From contig JAYWIR010000027.1 of the NCBI GenBank assembly GCA_036172245.1, positions 186,001-250,000 on the forward strand: DNA of 64,000 nucleotides, read 5' to 3'. Below, one piece after another: positions 63,105 through 64,000 of this stretch (position 1 is the first letter of the stretch; the number at the start of each line of letters is the position of its first letter). A model generated the notes under the pieces. It was not told the origin of the DNA. It made no database searches and was given only the letters and a program-made list of their open reading frames with translations. Made by a program: the position numbers and the translations under genes. This stretch comes from Raillietiella orientalis. Its lineage: Eukaryota.

Positions 63105-63185
63105 CGGCCCGCGTTGGCGGCCGCGTGGCTGTGAGCTCTGCGTGCGGCATCTCACGTCGCCAGTTCGAATCCTGCCCGGGGAGGA
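63105..63185 (+). mobile_element. Possible degenerate tRNA-derived SINE head
   Basis: B-box-like gttcgaatcc at 63163-63172 and a loose A-box tggcggccgcgtgg ~45 nt upstream; no clean cloverleaf. Confidence 0.25.
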
Positions 63186-64000
63186 AGGGTCGACGTCGAG
63201 AAATGGGGATGCATCCCTCCCCTCAGAATGAAGCTGGTTGGCCTTAAAGGCTACAGGTGCGGCCTTGGTTGACGCCTGATCACGCCGGGGCGTTTGTTTA
63301 TAAAATAAACATCCATGTCTGTGGCAGGACGTTTGATCCTGCTAGTTTACTTATAACTAAGAAAAGGAACCTGCCGGGAACTGGCATGCAGGCCAGCGAG
63401 AGGCTCGCCTTGGCAACACAGGAGAAGGGATACAAACAAAAAGAAAAAAATAAAACGAACACTGCAGTCAAAAAATGGGAAGGGGGTTCGGGAAGGGGTC
63501 ACTGTGTGCTGAAGGGTGTCCTCTGCATCCTTGTAAGGATGCCGGCAAGTTCCTGTTTTATGGCCCCCAGATGGGACCATCTTGACACTGTCCTCATGAA
63601 GAGGACAGCAAAATAGATGGCGTCCCTGTCGTTCTCGCCTCCTCTGGCGTTGCTCCATGCGTCCACAGTCCCACCGCGTGGGCGGCAAAGTGCTGTTAGG
63701 GATGCGGCCGCGTGATGGCATCTCAGAGCGCTTTAAAACGCCTCTGAAGTTGCCTCCGGGGGTTCCGAGGGTCGCAGAAAAGTGTCTTCCAAAGGGCCAG
63801 AAAGCAACACAGTCTACTAGGAGGTGCGGACTTAGTGGAAGCCGAAAGCCCTTGCTGACTGACCGATATCTGGAATCTGACCCTCCGGGGTCCTTCCAGG
63901 ACATTAAGGAGCCCTTCGAGGTTCCCCTCCGGTTGTGCAAATGGACTCTTTCCTTCAGGGGGAGGGTACTCCTTGGAGTCTCCTCAAGGGTGGGAACCCT

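Noticed and set aside
60900..64000. Vaguely protein-like fragments on both strands near the window end
   Set aside because: Interrupted by stops, with no identifiable domain or consistent splice chain.
1..64000. CRISPR array, operons, rRNA/tRNA genes, retroelement RT/integrase
   Set aside because: No regularly spaced repeats, no cloverleaf, no RT/integrase motifs seen; the architecture is spliceosomal and eukaryotic.

Overview
Eukaryotic (metazoan, probably non-vertebrate) genomic DNA. It is very GC- and CpG-rich by eye, with an AT-richer trough at ~30.7-37.7 kb. Almost all ORFs in the supplied track are GC-driven noise. The one gene I can support is a + strand, multi-exon Shroom-family gene. 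Nine phase-consistent GT-AG exons (37901-38614, 47577-48945, 50417-50472, 53514-53930, 55304-55410, 55461-56300, 56365-56558, 56652-56915, 56971-57273) end in a recognisable but divergent ASD2/SD2 (ROCK-binding) domain. Upstream lie several candidate ATG-bearing alternative first exons (7709, 13852, 24899, 30225), all ending in phase 2 and able to splice in frame to 37901 (~1430-1450 aa products). There is also a 16-nt frameshifting micro-exon candidate and possible further upstream exons. The introns hold a piggyBac-type MITE, a hAT-type MITE carrying CTCF-like motifs, a ~300-bp direct duplication, a ~135-bp inverted repeat pair 1.66 kb apart, and several near-perfect palindromes sharing a CATTGTTG/CAACAATG motif. 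No prokaryotic systems, CRISPR arrays, rRNA or intact tRNA were seen. All gene models are manual and unverified by transcript data.
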